Shown here piece by piece: positions 1 to 16,545 of a DNA stretch of 64,000 nt. The position numbers and the translations under genes are program-made. The stretch lies in NCBI RefSeq assembly GCF_009914755.1, contig NC_060947.1. The stretch is one strand, 5' to 3'. Within the stretch, counting starts at the first letter, position 1; each line of letters opens with the position of its first letter. Below the pieces are notes generated by a model. The model was not told the origin of the DNA and did not search any database. It saw only the letters and a list, made by a program, of their open reading frames with translations. This stretch comes from the human T2T-CHM13v2.0 reference genome, Homo sapiens.

Positions 1-255
<255 letters not shown>

Positions 256-2120
256 AATGAACTTAAGTCGATGTTCTGAAATGGAGTCAGGTTAATAGTA
301 ATATCCTAAATGTCACTGTCATCTGCTAACCTAACACTTTAGGCCCTTACAAACTCCCCACCACCCAGAGCAGCATTTCAAAGAATCTCTGGGGAGAGGG
401 GCATACACAATGGGAACACTATGTTGGTTGGTGCATAAGTGAAGATAGCTGGGTAAAAATGGCTCGCAGCCTAATGGACAACTCATTCCTTAATGCAGAA
501 AAGGTAATAATAGGGATATAAATAAAGTTCCAGCTGCTTTAGGAGACCAGGAGAGGAGGTTATTTGAATGCTCCAACAGGACATGAGACACAGCAGCTTG
601 GGCCCCTCCAGCTCAAATGGCAAGAATAGAGTTGCTGACACTTGCAGCCCAAGATATGTATGAAATCCCAGGGAGACTTCCATGCCCGACAACCCAGCAT
701 GGCACATCTATAAGATGGACAGACTGCCACAGTGTTACTCTCCTTTCCCATGGCGGGAGATTTTAATGACTATGATAATAAGGCAATTGGATGAAATGTG
801 TAAACTATGGTAAGCTGTACAGACAGGACATGCAATTTTAGTAAATTGGAAATTTTATACAAGCAGTATTAAGAGTATTAATTTTTAAGGAACACGTATG
901 CAAAAAATAATCTTTCACTAGCTGACCTCTTTGGATTCTGTCCTTACAGGGACTTTATTAGACCAGGCAATATGGTATAATGAGAAACACTTCAGACTCA
1001 AGGGATCAACAGTCTACTGCAGATGTGACAAGAAGTGAACTGTGTACCCACTCCTTCCAGTCCAGCTTCTCATGACTTCTGGACGGATCTTCAGCAGAAC
1101 CATGTGAAGTCTCTGCTTCTACCATACCCTTAGCAGGATCAAGAGATGCTCCCACCACACCCACAATCTCCAAATATTTATTTGTGGCCTTCATGAAGTG
1201 GTCAAAAGGATCACTTCTCAGAGGGCGATATTAGATTACCTACTGCCTTTCTTACCTTAACAAGGGGGAGAACTTCCATCCTGGCTTGGCCTGGAGATCC
1301 TATACCCTGCCACTGACTCCCCATCCTCAATACATCAGTTTATATAACTCAGAGTTTTGCCCTGGAACACTGCATGATGTACCTATTAGAACCACAAGCT
1401 TCCTTGGTCACACTTGTATTTATTGTGAATAATAATTTTAAAAATCTACAAGTGGAAGCTTTATAATAACAACAAAATTATTGGGAAAATATAAGTATTT
1501 CATAAAACCCAAAATACAATTCCAAAAAATCCAAAGCAACACACCACAGGTGCATAAACAAGGGTAGCTCAGGAGGATTAAACATTAGGTCTTCTAAATA
1601 ATGTTCTCTGTACTAAGACGGCATTAATGAGACCTAGCAAGCCATCACTCAGTCTCGCCGTCTAGTTCCAAACTCCAAAATTAAGAGGTTAAGTGTTGAG
1701 ATAGGTTCAACTAGAGTGAGGCGACAAAGATCAAACCAAGTAGCTATGGCCAGTGAACTCAGTCACCACAGCAAATAGAAGGATGTGTGTGTAGTGGATA
1801 GTTCACAGAGAAAAGATTCCTGCTGGACAGACCAATCAGCCTGAGACTGTCATCCCATAGGATACAAATATACTACATATCATATTTTGACATCTGCTGA
1901 TATGTAAAATTCCAAGGTTCCTTGTGTAAGCACAAGCACACATACTATAAACAACGAAAACAACCCAAAGTCCATGCCAAGGCCAAACCAAAGGTACAGC
2001 ACACTGAGGGCTGATGTCACAGGACCCCTCTTTGATTTGAAATCCTCCAGGTGAAGTTTATGGCTTCTGTAGAACTGCTGTGATTATTTGAGATTCAGAA
2101 ATCTACAGACTGAAGGTTAA

Positions 2121-2400
<280 letters not shown>

Positions 2401-2981
2401 TGAAAATTAATCTGAAACACTGCCAATGTAAAATATTACATACAAACTGAAGAATCAAGGCAAAAATAATTACGTGGAAGCTCTAAATTGCATTTCCCAT
2501 TTCTGCAGTAGAAACATTCTTCTCCCTGAGCTCTAATATCAAAAAACATTTGAGGGGGAACATTCATTTGTTATTTTGGGAAGTTCTGTGTTTGACTATG
2601 AAGCCAGATTCCTAGACCCATCTATTCTGGGCTCTGAAAGAGAAGCACAGGTGCTTGGGTCCTGCCTAAAAGTACATTCCACATGCTGTAGATCGGCATT
2701 TTGACTATATAGTCTGTAGTTTCCAAGTTCATACTATAATGGAGTCTATAACAGGTCTTTGCAGCTTTCCATAAGGCTGCATAATGATACCTGACTGATG
2801 GTATAGATTGAGAAAAATCAGTGAATAGCATTGGGCATCAAGCCACTGCTATTCTTCGATCAAGTTGTTAAGAAGTAGTACAGTAGTACAGTAGGTGTGA
2901 ATATTAAAACGAAGGGCAAGAGAAGCTCAGAAACCCCACCCCAATCCAATGTTAGGTGGCCTGTCTGGCAGGACTCATTAA

Positions 2982-3306
<325 letters not shown>

Positions 3307-4185
3307 TAAATTATCAGATATAAATTCTTATATTGTGATACTGGAGTAAGCACAACAGCCTGAGTGAGAGTACAAACCCAAATCCAGAGGCATCCAGAGG
3401 AGATCATTCAAACTGTCATTGTATCTCACATGCAGAGAAAACAACTAAATTACCCGCCACGTCAATCATCCTATAGCCTCCTAAGTTCTTCAGAGATGTT
3501 TGAATCAGTTTGTAAGCCAATAGAATGCATGGATACAATAAATCCTGTCCAATAGAAACTGATAAAATTATGCCTAAGTTATCCCATCCACCAAGTCAGG
3601 GCTTGAGGTAGATCTGAAGTAGTTCACGAGTAGATAAGAGTGCATGGAAAAAACAAATTACACATCAAAATCATGCGGAATCCCAATTATAATTGTTTTC
3701 CTTTTAACCACTGACACAAGTACCCTGAAATTGGCTCAGGAGTGTAGATATATCAAGGTATTCCCCAGTGGCAGCCCAACAGCATAGGCAGTCTGACAAA
3801 GAAAACTGGACTCCCAGAAAGAACATCAACAGAAAAGTAGGACCAAGACACAACCCCATGAAGGTCACATTGCCAATTTTAGATGCAGGACCTGTGCCTC
3901 AATTTAAGAGGCAAAAAGAGCCCCCGTGGCTTCTACTTCATCTCCCTATCATGGTGGCCTTTTGCTCCAATGGTCAGCAAGTCAAGGTGAATTTTCACAA
4001 ATGCTTAACATGTAATATGCTCACATGTTCGTTTCTATTATGTTTTAGATTATATTAATGAACAATGGATGACAAAAATGTGGAAAATATTTGGAGGAAT
4101 CTCAAACTCCCTCCATGTAAGTTTTTCTAAATGTGTGTTGAGTCTTGTACTCCTTGACAGCCAGATATATGTGAAAAGAACTTCA

Positions 4186-4503
<318 letters not shown>

Positions 4504-6057
4504 GTTCACAAATACAAACAATTGCATATATTGTGTAAAACTGTAGATGAAAAACCCAAGATCTAAAGATTGTATACTTAATCAATTCCTATATCCCTCG
4601 GTATCATAAATTCCAAGAATTGTGTGTAACATCCTCTTCCCCACCCCGCACCCCCAACACAAAAAATAAGACTGACAATGTGTCCACCTCGTTTAATAAA
4701 CTTCCTTCAGGTTGTGTGCATAATGTCCAAATTCTTTGCATGGGTTAAATACTACATGGCAACTTCCCAATTTTTACATTTCATGCTGCTGCAAACTTTC
4801 ACCACAAAGAAATTTAAAACTTTCTCATTGCTGATTAAAAAATTTAAAGCTCTCAATTTAAAGCAAAGCAGCCAATATAAATTTCTTCACATAGGAACTG
4901 AGATCCTCAAAGACTTTTATTCACAGGTTAAGAAATGTATCATATCTGAACAATTTATATTTTGAATTTTATATCCCCTCCTCCAAAATGACATTTGTGC
5001 TTGGACTAGATTCCCAAACCTTCAGTTGATAGGTTCAGAAGAAGTAAATAAATAAAATAAACTATTCTATAGCTTATCTTCAATATTTTAAAATTTTTCA
5101 GTTTTGAATTTTTCAATACTTTGAAATATTAAGGATCTTCAGTATAGCAAAGTTGATTTCTAAATGGTACTAATATGATTTCACAATGTTACACAAAGCC
5201 ATGTCATGAAAATGAAGAACACAGAAAGTAAAAAAAAAAAAAAAAAAAGTCTCCTAGAAATCACTACTGTTATTAGGTTGCTTTATTCTCTTCCAGACTG
5301 TTTTCTACACATATACTGACTCTATCAAAATGGGATCATAGCATATTAGCTTTTCTAAAACTCCCTGTTTTTATTTGATATTGCTTAAACATTTTTCCGT
5401 AACATTAGATATACATTTGCTTCACTTTTAACCACAAAGTCGTTTTCCATTTTCTGGCCATACTGCAATTTAATTAACCATACCTATTAATGAACAGTTG
5501 CAAACAGCTAGAGCCCAAGAAAAGCTAAACTCTGCTCTCCATAACCCAACAAGTAGTTATTTTAGAGGCTAAGTCATTTCTAATGCTGAAGCAATCAAAC
5601 ACTCTACCAGTCTTTTAAAATGTCTTCAACCTCTCTCCAACCCCTGGTTGTCACCTTCTCTTTCTTACCCTTCAGATATTTTTGAAACCTAAATTATGTT
5701 CCTATCATCCACTCCTCCATTTACCTCTTCCCATAAATCTCAATTATTCTCTTACTCTGAAGTGCTTCACTGTACATGCCAAATATCCTGAATTGGAAGA
5801 GACATGGCCAATTTATTTTAAAGAAAAGCATCAGAATTTTTTCTTTCTTCTTCTTTGCTGCTATAAGGCAAGAGGATATTTCTTTCTAATCCCAGAGCCT
5901 ATATAGCCCCCTAGTCCCTCCCATCTTTCCACAAAGATAATAGGTGGTAAGCACCTGACAAATGCACTTATAATTGCAAAAATGCTCCCAACTGTGTAAC
6001 TTTAACATAGCTATACACAGTACTCCATTCACCTTATTTATTCATAGCAATTCTACA

Positions 6058-6366
6058 GGGGGCAGGGGAGGTGGAGATGGTTAATGGGTACCAAAAAATA
6101 GTTAGAAAGAATAAATAAGGCCTAGTGTTTGATAGCACAACAGGGTGGCTATAGTCAATAATAACTTAATTGTACATTTTTAGATAATGAAAAGAGTATA
6201 ATTGGATTGTAACTCAAAGGATAAATGCTTGAGGGGATGGATACCTCATTCTACATGATATGTTTATTTCACGTTGCATGCCTGTATCAAAATATCTCAT
6301 GTCCCCCACAAATATATACACCTATTATGTACCCACAAAAATAAAAAATATTTTTTTTTAAATCAG
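6058..6366 (+). mobile_element. 5'-truncated L1MA-type LINE-1 3' end
   Basis: ggatggttaatgggtac...gatagcacaacagggtg...tgcttgaggggatggatac...tatgtacccacaaaaataaaaa; TSD agcaattctaca (6046-6057)/agcaattccaca (6367-6378). Confidence 0.85.
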
Positions 6367-7611
6367 AGCAATTCCACAAATATTTTATAGCAGACACCTG
6401 AGTCACAGGGTGCCTATAAGAGATGGCACACCCACCCACAACTCAGACTGATTCCTGTTGCTCTTATTTGGCTATCAGTCTCAGATTTTAATGATCTAAA
6501 CTCTGTACCTCACACATATCCTTTCATGTTTTTAGCATGGACACACTGTCTGTCTGGGTTCTGACTTGAGTTTCAGCCCTAGACCATGTCAATGGGCTTA
6601 TTCTCATCTCTACATATAGAACATATGGGCCACAGTGCCTCATCCCAGGTACCAACATCAAGCCCCCATGCCCCAACCTGGGGCAGTCTGCACCTGGAGG
6701 GCCTCCTTGCTTTCAAGGACAATTTGGATGCCATATACTATCTACAAAATACTTTTAGTATCATATGATAATCCATTCAGTCTTTGCTTCAAGAGTTCAC
6801 AGTTGACTAAAATCAAACTATAAAGTATATGCACAGCTGTAATCATAATATAGAAAAAAGTTATCTGTTTAGTATTTTTTCTGTTCTCTTAGATATGCCT
6901 ACATAATCATCATCTCAAACATTAATAATGGTCAAAAATGCTATTAAGCCCCTTCTTTGACTGGGCTTTTCTAGTTTCTTCCATTGTCTTTGAGAAAGAT
7001 AGTTACTATGCTCCATGCTTCTAGACAGGAAGCATCATGTAAGTTCTTACTAGGAAACAATGCAGGTGATTTCATTTTTAATGAACATACACCCTTTTCC
7101 TTTCTTGACCTGCTTCAATAAAGTGGTGCTGGCAATGAAACAAGTACATTTGTGAATGGGTTGCAAAGCCACAAACCCAACTAGCCTGCTCCTGGTAACC
7201 CAGGCAGTTAACTAATTAGCCTTCAAATGCAAACTTTGAGTAAGACTTTCTGTGGTGCTGGAGAAAGAGCTCCAGCAGCCGAATTATTAGAAGGGAAGTA
7301 TGGAAGAGCTGCAAAACATGAAAAAGCCTGGAACAAAATTGTTGCTAAGGAATGTAATCGGTGATTGGTATGTATATGTCTTGAGCAGAAAGCAGGTACA
7401 CAAATGGGAACAGTTTTCGGGAAGAGAAAGGAAAAAGAAGGAACAGATTCCAGTGCCATCCTCTCAGATAAGGATATGATTCTCTGCCTGCTTTTTGTGA
7501 CAATAAATCGTATATATCACTAGCTCACCTATTAATATCTACTTCCTTTTGGAATAGAGCAGAAGGTCTTAATGCTACAAAGACACATCACAGTCAGTCA
7601 GTATAGTTCAA

Positions 7612-7742
7612 CACCTTTATTTGACATGTGAAGAAACAGGCCCAGAAAGGGTGAGGTGGCTTGATAAAGGACCTAGTCAATATCAGAACTAGAGGTGAGT
7701 GAGGTTCAAGTCTCTTGACATCGAATCTAGTGCACTTTCTCT
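7612..7742. mobile_element. MIR SINE fragment
   Basis: MIR core-like: gaagaaacaggcccagaaagggtgaggtggcttg...aagtctcttgac...tagtgcactttc. Confidence 0.55.
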
Positions 7743-9826
7743 ATAAAATTCTTCCTCTCAAAAAATCATATGGCACATGTAATCTGCAGCATCTTTCAAA
7801 AAAAATATCAATTCAAAGATTTTTTTTCTGTTTAGATATGACTCCTCTGGCAGCAAATCTTTTACCTTTTGAAACTGAAAAGTACTAACTGAAATTTCAC
7901 TTGGACCGATTCACCAGAGAAATCATATTTGCATCTACATGTTGTATATATAATGTAAATAGATTTTTATCTTTCTGTCTTTGGCTTAGTTTGATGCTTC
8001 AGTTTGGCTGCACTCATCTGCAGGCACCAACTAGCAGGAAATGCTGCACCATTGGAAGGAATACACCATGCCCTGCAAGCAATCTGAAGTCATAGCAACC
8101 TAGGTCCATTGAGATGGCACCTCACTGTGTACCAAGAACAAAGAGACTCTAAATAACATTCTGTTTCCCATTCATGATCATCCCGGCAGCCATGGAGTAG
8201 CCAGAGGTCACCCATCTTTTACTATGTCACCAAATTAGACAGTACTTAAAGACTGTCTTATTCTAGAAACTCCTCTGGAGGGGAATATGATCAGGTATCA
8301 ACATAGGTAGCTTCAGACAAGAAAAAGGAAACTGCTGCAAAACGGACAACCCTCCCCTATATGCATACTGCCAAAGGGCCAAATGTCCTTCCCTCACACG
8401 GGCAGTTTTTATGGGTAAGTGAACTCAGGGTTCCAATTTTTGTAAATAGTATAATATTCCTCCAAACAAATTACAAAATCCATGATAGACCCTAGCTGAA
8501 GTACAAGCAAAAATGGATCATCGGTTACATGGACATTTATGAACTGATCTAAGTGCAGCAGTCCTAGGTATAGCAATGTGTTTACAGAAATATGAATCCT
8601 CCGTTGAACAGCAACAAGAGTACAAACACCTGTCCTCATTCCCTTCATTTTTGATTCCCCACACCTGCAGTTCTGGGGACCGCTACTGCTAGGAGGGGAA
8701 ATGGAATTATTCCCCACTCTCTGAGGGAGCTGCATTCCCAATTCCCAAGGGTAGGGTTGGGTGACCATTTTGAAGGCTGGGTGTTTGTATGTCAGCAAGC
8801 ACATATATTTATTTCAGCTTTCTGAAGCATTTATGAACATAGGTTAGTCATATTTCAGCCACAATATGGGGAGATAAGACAGCCAGGAGTTCTCATAGGT
8901 AGGTTGTGAGGAATAAATAATGAAAAAGCACTTTGTAAAATATGAAGTATGATCTTAATGCTCAATGGCATAAGATACATTACTTTACCATTAGCCTACT
9001 TTATCACAAGCCGCCTGGAAGGGAGGCAAATGCTAGACGTCCTCAGCACAGCCTCTAGTTATGGATGAGGTCATAGAAAACAAAGTAACTTTGGCTGGAA
9101 CTGTTTCATCTAAAATAAAATCCGGTCATTAAAATTTTTCAGAAACATTCAGTTCTTGGGGTCTCATGACCCCCATTTACTATTTGAAATAAACCTTGTA
9201 ATAAGGTATTAATAAAAGCTGATTTAATCCATTCATTTCATCTGGAAAAACACCACTAACAATGTACTGATTTTTTTTCCTTCATAAAGAAGGCGACATT
9301 ACCAGGTACTCGAGCCTAGGATAGTCTAATAAAGAGGCAGAACACAGAGTTAGAATTGTAAATTTGAGCCCCAAACTTGCAATTCATTTTGCAATACTGA
9401 AGCCAGGAAACTAACACCACTTTGAAACACTGGTATATAACAGAGAACTGAGACCAAACTATGTATACAAGGCTGACACCATGGAAAAATTGAATAAACA
9501 AATATTGGCGTAGGCCTATAGCTTCTGAAAAACAAGCAAACTTTCTTGCAAAGCTGAAGATACAATGTGAATAAGTGCTTTCTCTTTTTTACGGAATTTA
9601 TAATCAAAATGAGAAGAAAAATATGTATGATATAAAGAAAGGACAGGGCCGTCTATAAAATACTACAGGCAGAACCTGTCATCATTCTTCTTTCTGCACC
9701 GCCACCCATCTTACACCCACAAAAAGAGAAAACATTCTGGCCCTAAACAGCTACCACTGTAAATTGCATATTTAATGAAGGCTATTCATAAATGTTCCCA
9801 TGCCTTCTTTTAAAAGCAAGCTCCCA

Positions 9827-10163
9827 GGCCAGGTGCAGTGGCTTATGCCTGTAATCCCAGCACTCTGGGAAGCGGAGGCAGATGGATCACTTGAGCCTAG
9901 GAGTTCGAGACCAGCCTGGACAACATGGAGAAACCCTGTCCCTACAAAAAAAAATACAAAAATTAGCTGGGCGTGGTGGCACACACCTGTAGTCCCAGCT
10001 ACTTGGGAGGCTGAAGCAGGAGAATCACTTGAACCCCAGAGGCAGAGGTTGCAGTGAGTGAGGATTGCTTGAGCCCAGAAGGTCAAGGCTGTAGTGAGCT
10101 ATGTTCATACCACTGCACTCCACCCTGAGTGACAGAAGGATACTCTGTCCCCCCCAAAAAAAA
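9827..10163 (+). mobile_element. Mosaic Alu (AluS-like body plus extra older right-arm segment)
   Basis: Right-arm segment occurs twice (junction ~10058); flanks aaaagcaagctccca / aaagcaagcaggctccca. Confidence 0.88.
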
Positions 10164-10711
10164 GCAAGCAGGCTCCCATACATATTTACATTTTACATAA
10201 ATGAAATGTTATGATGCCTAGATTTTGCTTCAAAATAATCTCATGCTGTTAGGAAGGGGGAGCAGGTAGAGATTACATCCCATTCATCATGGGTTGATAA
10301 TTGTTATAGACAGATGATGAGGACATAAAGTTTCTTTGTATTACTTTTCAGCTTTCACATTTTTGAACATTTCCGCAGAGGTTGCAAAGCTAAACACACA
10401 TTTATCAGGCCATCTTGCAGTTATTGGTGGCCATATGCAAAATGTATTGTCTGGGGGTGCAATACATAGGTTGAAAGGGGAACCATATGGCCAACATGCT
10501 AAGGAAGGCAGAGCTGAACAAATGCTAAAGCATGACTCCTCATGGCAGTTGATTTCCTACAGTACAAACAATGATTCTCAACACTACCTGCTATAAGACA
10601 CATATGTTTACACTATTGTTCAGTTGGGTTTTCAATTATGTGCTACCAAATACATTCCTACCCTGTTCAGGAAGATAGTCAATGTCTCTCTAAGAGAACC
10701 CAAGAGGGATA

Positions 10712-10913
10712 TGCGTGGTGGTAAATGTTTAACAACCAGCTCTCTGAAAGGCAAAAAGGAAAGACCTGATTTGTAGTATTTACCAACTTCCAAGGAGTAA
10801 ACACTCCCACCATGACTAAGGTCAAGTTATCAACAGATGTCACCGAATGTAGGATTGGAAAGAAATGTGCACGATCATCTTGTACCAGTACAAACCAACT
10901 CTGGCACATCATT
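10712..10913 (-). mobile_element. MER63A-like hAT DNA transposon relic
   Basis: gtggtaaatgtttaacaaccagctct...gatttgtagtatttaccaac...cactcccaccatg resembles reverse-complement MER63. Confidence 0.7.
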
Positions 10914-11289
10914 GAATATGTGCTATCTACACTTCTCAGGAACCCAGACTCAAGCAATTTGCTTAGAAATTGCCTATAACCCCATAGACAAACGGCGTTG
11001 GAAAAGGGGGTGGTGTGGCATAGAGAAGAGGGATAGGAAAGAGGAGGGAAATGGGAAAAGTGTAAGTTCTTTAGAGTCTGTAATTACTTACCAAACTGGA
11101 AAACATTAATTTTGACCCATAGCTTTCTTCAGGGATTAAGAACTTTAGAATTCTAAGATATTAACAATGTGGGAAGTGTTTTGCAGTATTTATTTATTCC
11201 GTTTTACTCCTAAATTTGGTCTCATAACCATCATGTAATCCTAGAATACAGGTGTACCCTTGTTTAACACTTAAGAATATACATGACAT

Positions 11290-11365
11290 TTTTTGGCAGG
11301 GAGGGTATCCATCCCCTCAAGCATTTATTCTTTGTGTTACAAACAATCCAGTTATATTCTTAGTT
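11290..11365 (-). mobile_element. L1MA 3'-UTR fragment
   Basis: gtatccatcccctcaagcatttat...acaatccagttata is the reverse complement of the motif at ~6200-6245. Confidence 0.7.
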
Positions 11366-11367
11366 TA

Positions 11368-11671
<304 letters not shown>

Positions 11672-13115
11672 GAAGTGGCAATCTTTGAGGACTCGTCTCA
11701 CTGCAACCCCAACCAGTCTGGGGTAGAGCAACAGACAAGGCAGGTTTCACTTAGTGGCTGTTGGATCAAGACCTAAAACCATGGCTAATGTGGTCGTTTC
11801 TATAATGAAAACAAACACAGTAGCTTGTTTTCTTTTTTTATGGAAGTCATGCCCCTAAAAATAACAACAAACCCCACAGAGACAGCATGTGAAAAATATT
11901 ATCAATTTTCACATTTACTCCTTAGACTTGGTAGTTTTCAATTTTAAGAATAACAACTCAGATCCCTGGCACTTCAGTTGCACTTACGGATAATTGCTTG
12001 TAAAATGAAAAGGGCAAAAAGAAAATTAGAAGCTTCTAAAAGAGGAAACTGAAAATCCTTAAGAGAAGATAATCATTTTCAATAATGGTCATAATTATTG
12101 CTAAAGGATACTCTCTGCTTAGCAAACTTTTCATTTCCTACTTGTATTTCTCTCTGCTAATCTCCAACTTCTCCCTCAGAATTACTAATGTGCTCCCAAA
12201 TGGAAAAAATATGGCCATTACAGCAAAAACCAAGTGGCTCATATGACTAAATTAAATATGTTTTATCCCTACCAGACTCAGGAGTGATTTTTTGGACTCA
12301 ATCCTTGGTCTCTTTACCCCAGGGCCCTGGATGACACCAGCCAGAGGAGAGTGGAGTTTTAGTAAGGAAGTCTTCACCTTGACAGTGCAACTGCTATCAT
12401 GCCAACACCTGGGGAGGCCCAGCCGGCTGAGAAAAGGAAAGTTTTCATGTGCTGTAAAGGAAGGTTAAGAGGAGTGAAAGAGATGTAAGAATGAATAAGA
12501 GGCAATTGAAGAATGTGATACTTTGAGGAAAGGCAGTCTTGGGGAGGAGACTGAATGGAGGGTGCTAATAAATGGAGAGGTTTTAGAGACTGAATGAAGT
12601 GACAGCAGACATAAAAGTGGGCTATGAGAGATGAGTGGACTTAATCCAAAGTAAAAGTAGTCTATTATGTAATGAACCAGGCTGCTGCATACGGAGGGGC
12701 TGAAGAACAATGGGCTTGCATGTTTCATCGAGTAGAGTAGAAAACTGTCTGCCTGAAAACTAGGCAGAGGCTTTATGGGAACTGGGGACAGTCCTATGAG
12801 TGTTTTGCAGCTACCCTAGGCCTTCTGGGTAGGCCCTGATCAAAGGGCACCAACCGTGCCCAAGGATATCCAGTATGCACCAGAGGACATACTGGTGGCC
12901 TAAGCTATCTCAGAAACTGCTCAGTACCATGATGCCCAGGGCCCTGTAGCAGCAGTAAAATCTCAGGTATGGAAAACAATTGTTACATCAGGTCAGCTTC
13001 TGTCTAGTACTTTCATTACCACCAGCGATTCTTTCCTAATGCAAATCAGTAGACCTTCTCTGCGTCAAAAAGACTGGAAGGAAAGCAGGGGTGGCATGTT
13101 AGTATAAAAAATTCT

Positions 13116-13410
13116 GACTGGGCACAGTGGCTCGCCCTGTAATCTCAGCACTTTGGGAGGCCAAGGCGGGTGGTCAGGAGTTTGAGGCCAGCCTGGCCAT
13201 CTTGGTGAAACCCCTTCTCTACTAAAAATACAAAAATTAGCAGGGCATAGTAGCGTGTGCCTGTAATCCCAGGCTACTCGGGAGGCTGAGGCATGAGCGT
13301 CGCTAAACCTGGGAGGCAGATGTTGCACTGATCCTAGATTGTGCCACTGCACTCCAGCCTGGCCGACAGAGTAAGACTCAGTCTCAAAAAAAAAAAAAAA
13401 AAAAAAAAAA
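13116..13410 (+). mobile_element. Alu (AluS-like)
   Basis: Full dimer with ~24-nt A tail. Confidence 0.92.
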
Positions 13411-14014
13411 TGTGTGTCTGTGTCTTTCTTCCCTCAAACCTAAGAGCCTTAAAGCCTGTGTTTGCAGATGAACTAGCCTAATCACCTTTTTGGAGCATCC
13501 ATGACTGTGGAATGAATGCATACCTTGTTTTTAAATTTTTAGGTGAAGCAAGTATTCTGTGGGGTAGAAAAAGGTGGGATCAGGGGTTTTAGGCAAGATT
13601 ATGAAGGGACCTTTCAAGTATTTGGGGACTATGTTGCTGAAAACATACAAGTATTAAGCCTTTCATGTTACAGATGGATCCAGGGTTGGGGAATATGCCT
13701 TTTGAGCTATTAACCAAGGGTCAAAAAAAAACTGAGGCTCAGAAATTTACTAGCTAAGCAAACAAGATTCCAATCTACATAGGCCAAGGTTTTGGTGATA
13801 TTGAAGTGAAGAAGTTCTCCCAGTTATCAATGTATCATCTTTTAGTTCCAAATTCATCCATCAATAAGTGCTCTGTGATAATGGACAAAATTCTTTAAAA
13901 CATTCCAAAATGAAAATGCTGAGCTTTACCAGTAGAGGGCGATGGAAGGACATTGCAGGAGAAAGGGGGCTCTGCTGTTTCATGCAGCTGGTACTGTGGA
14001 GTGGGTCAGCGGTG

Positions 14015-15127
14015 TGGATATGAGGAAGTCTGGGGAAGAAGTATGTGGACAGATGACTCAGAATGGACACAGACTGTGACAATATCAGGTAGACAAAATT
14101 ATGCACCCTGGCAATGTCAGTCAGCTTCTTTCTCCAGCCATCTGAGTGCTTGCCGAACAGGCCTGTGGACAAAGTGGCAGTGGTGGCAGAGATGGAAGCT
14201 GGGCACAGGCAAAACAACATGAACCTCCCTTCATGAAGGCTGGCCTGGCTAAAGCTATCTTGAGGGCCTAACCTGCTGATGGCAGTGATGAACACTGAGC
14301 CCCAGATACGGCACCATTCCTAAGATGACCAACCAGCCACCTACTGCCAGACTGACGACACTGGACCTCTTCCACCATGGAGGCAAATATTTGTCCTCAC
14401 TAAAATAGATACAGAGATCTGGGTATAAATATAGATATGGTTTGTCTTCCCTACTAGTAATGCTTCTCTTAGCACCACCATCCATAGACTCACAGAATGC
14501 CCAATCTTCCATCATGGCATTCCACACAGCCCTGAATCTTATCAGCAAAGGAATTCATCTCACAGCAAAAGAAGTGTGGCAAAGGTCTCATACCCATGGA
14601 TGTAACTGGTGTTGTGACATACCTCATTACCCAGAAACAGCTGGTCCAACTGAAAGGTGGAATGGCTTACTGAAGACTCAGTTGCAGTGCCAATTAGAAG
14701 AAAAACATCCTGACTGGATGGGATTCAGCTCACAGGATGCAGTTTGTGCTTTAAATGTGAGACCACAGTGTGGTGTTATCTTCTCCATACCCATAATAAA
14801 TGGGCTAAGAAATCAGGGAGTGGCAGTAGGGGTGGCTCCTCTCACGATTACACCTAATAACCCACTTCCTGAATTTTTGCTTTCCATTTCAGGAATTTTG
14901 AGCTCTGCTCATTTAGAGATACTGGTTCCCAAGGCGGGGATGCTTCCACCAGAGGCACAACAGTATTTCCACTGAATTGGAAGTTGAAAGTGCCATTTGG
15001 CCATTTTGGTCTCCTTGTGCTGCTGAAAATACTGGCATAAGGAGGGGTTAATCTACTAGTCATGGATCCTGATTACCAAAGAGAAATCAGGTTGCTGCTA
15101 CACATTGGAGCCAAGGAAGACTACGGG
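14015..15127 (+). mobile_element. ERVL-class endogenous retrovirus internal remnant (RNaseH/integrase/dUTPase region); resumes at ~16491-16543
   Basis: ORF 14442-14975 has integrase-like PHYPETAGPTERWNGLLKTQLQCQL; downstream GMLPP and PLNWKLKVPFGHFGLL resemble the ERVL dUTPase after IN; frameshifted. Confidence 0.8.
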
Positions 15128-15309
15128 TCAAAACAACAACAACAACGACAACAAACAAATCTGGACTTTGGTAAAGAGACGCTTTATTTGAAGGGACCGT
15201 TGAAATAGAAGGAATGGGACTACTGTGGTAGGGATAACCCTGTGACCATAATATCTGCAAGTATCTCAAAAGTCAGGTAGAAAGGGTTTTTCTTTTATAG
15301 GAAGAATTA

Positions 15310-15726
<417 letters not shown>

Positions 15727-15900
15727 TCATTAAGGAAAGGAGGGGCTGTTCTGCATTGTGATACTTGCTCAGGCTGACAGTGTGGGTCAAAGCTCAAGGG
15801 TCTGTGGAGAGGGGAGAAGCCAGACTAAAGTTTGCTCCAGTCAAGTTAGTTGGTATTTTGTCCAGATTGGTCAGTGGGGACAACCAGGTCAGTTCAATTT

Positions 15901-16296
15901 TGATACGGTTTCACTCTGTGTCCCCACCCAAATCTCATGTTGAAAATCCCCAGTGTTGGAGGTGGGGCCTGGTGAGAGGTGACTGGATTATGGAGGTGGT
16001 TTCTAATGGTTTAGCACCATCCGCTTAGTGCTGTCTTGTAATAGAGTTCTCATGAGGATCTGGTTGTTTAAAAAAGTGTGTGGCAACTTCCCCTTCGCTC
16101 TCTCTCTTCTGATCCACCATGTGAAGGTGTGCCTGCTTCCCCTTTTGCCTTCCACCGTAATTGCAAGTTTCCTAAGGCCTCCCCAGCCTTGTTACCTATA
16201 CAGCCTGCAGAACTATGAGCCAATTAAACCTCTTTTCTTTATAAATTACCAAGTCTCCAGTAGTTCTTTATAGCAATGCGAGAACAGTCTAATACA
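15901..16296 (+). mobile_element. MSTA-like MaLR solo LTR
   Basis: tgatacggttt...cccacccaaatctcatgttg...attaaacctcttttctttataaattacc...ctaataca; 5-bp TSD AATTT on both sides. Confidence 0.88.
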
Positions 16297-16545
16297 AATT
16301 TATATGACGAAGAATGGGAATTTGGAGAGTCTGTGTCTGGCCTTGTCATCAGTAAGTAAACAAGGAGGTCATGCACAACTCATATGGAGAAGCATGATTC
16401 TTTGCAATAAGTCATTTCCTGGAGCACAAAAGGGTGAGAGAATTCGTCACTGTTTTCTAGTGTCACAGGGTCACTCAGGCCAAGTTCCACATTGTCATCT
16501 GGAACCCAGGGGAGTCTCTGGGGCACCTCTTAGTAATTCCATGCT

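Noticed and set aside
8409-8804. 131-aa minus-strand ORF
   Set aside because: No recognisable homology, non-ATG start and random-like composition.
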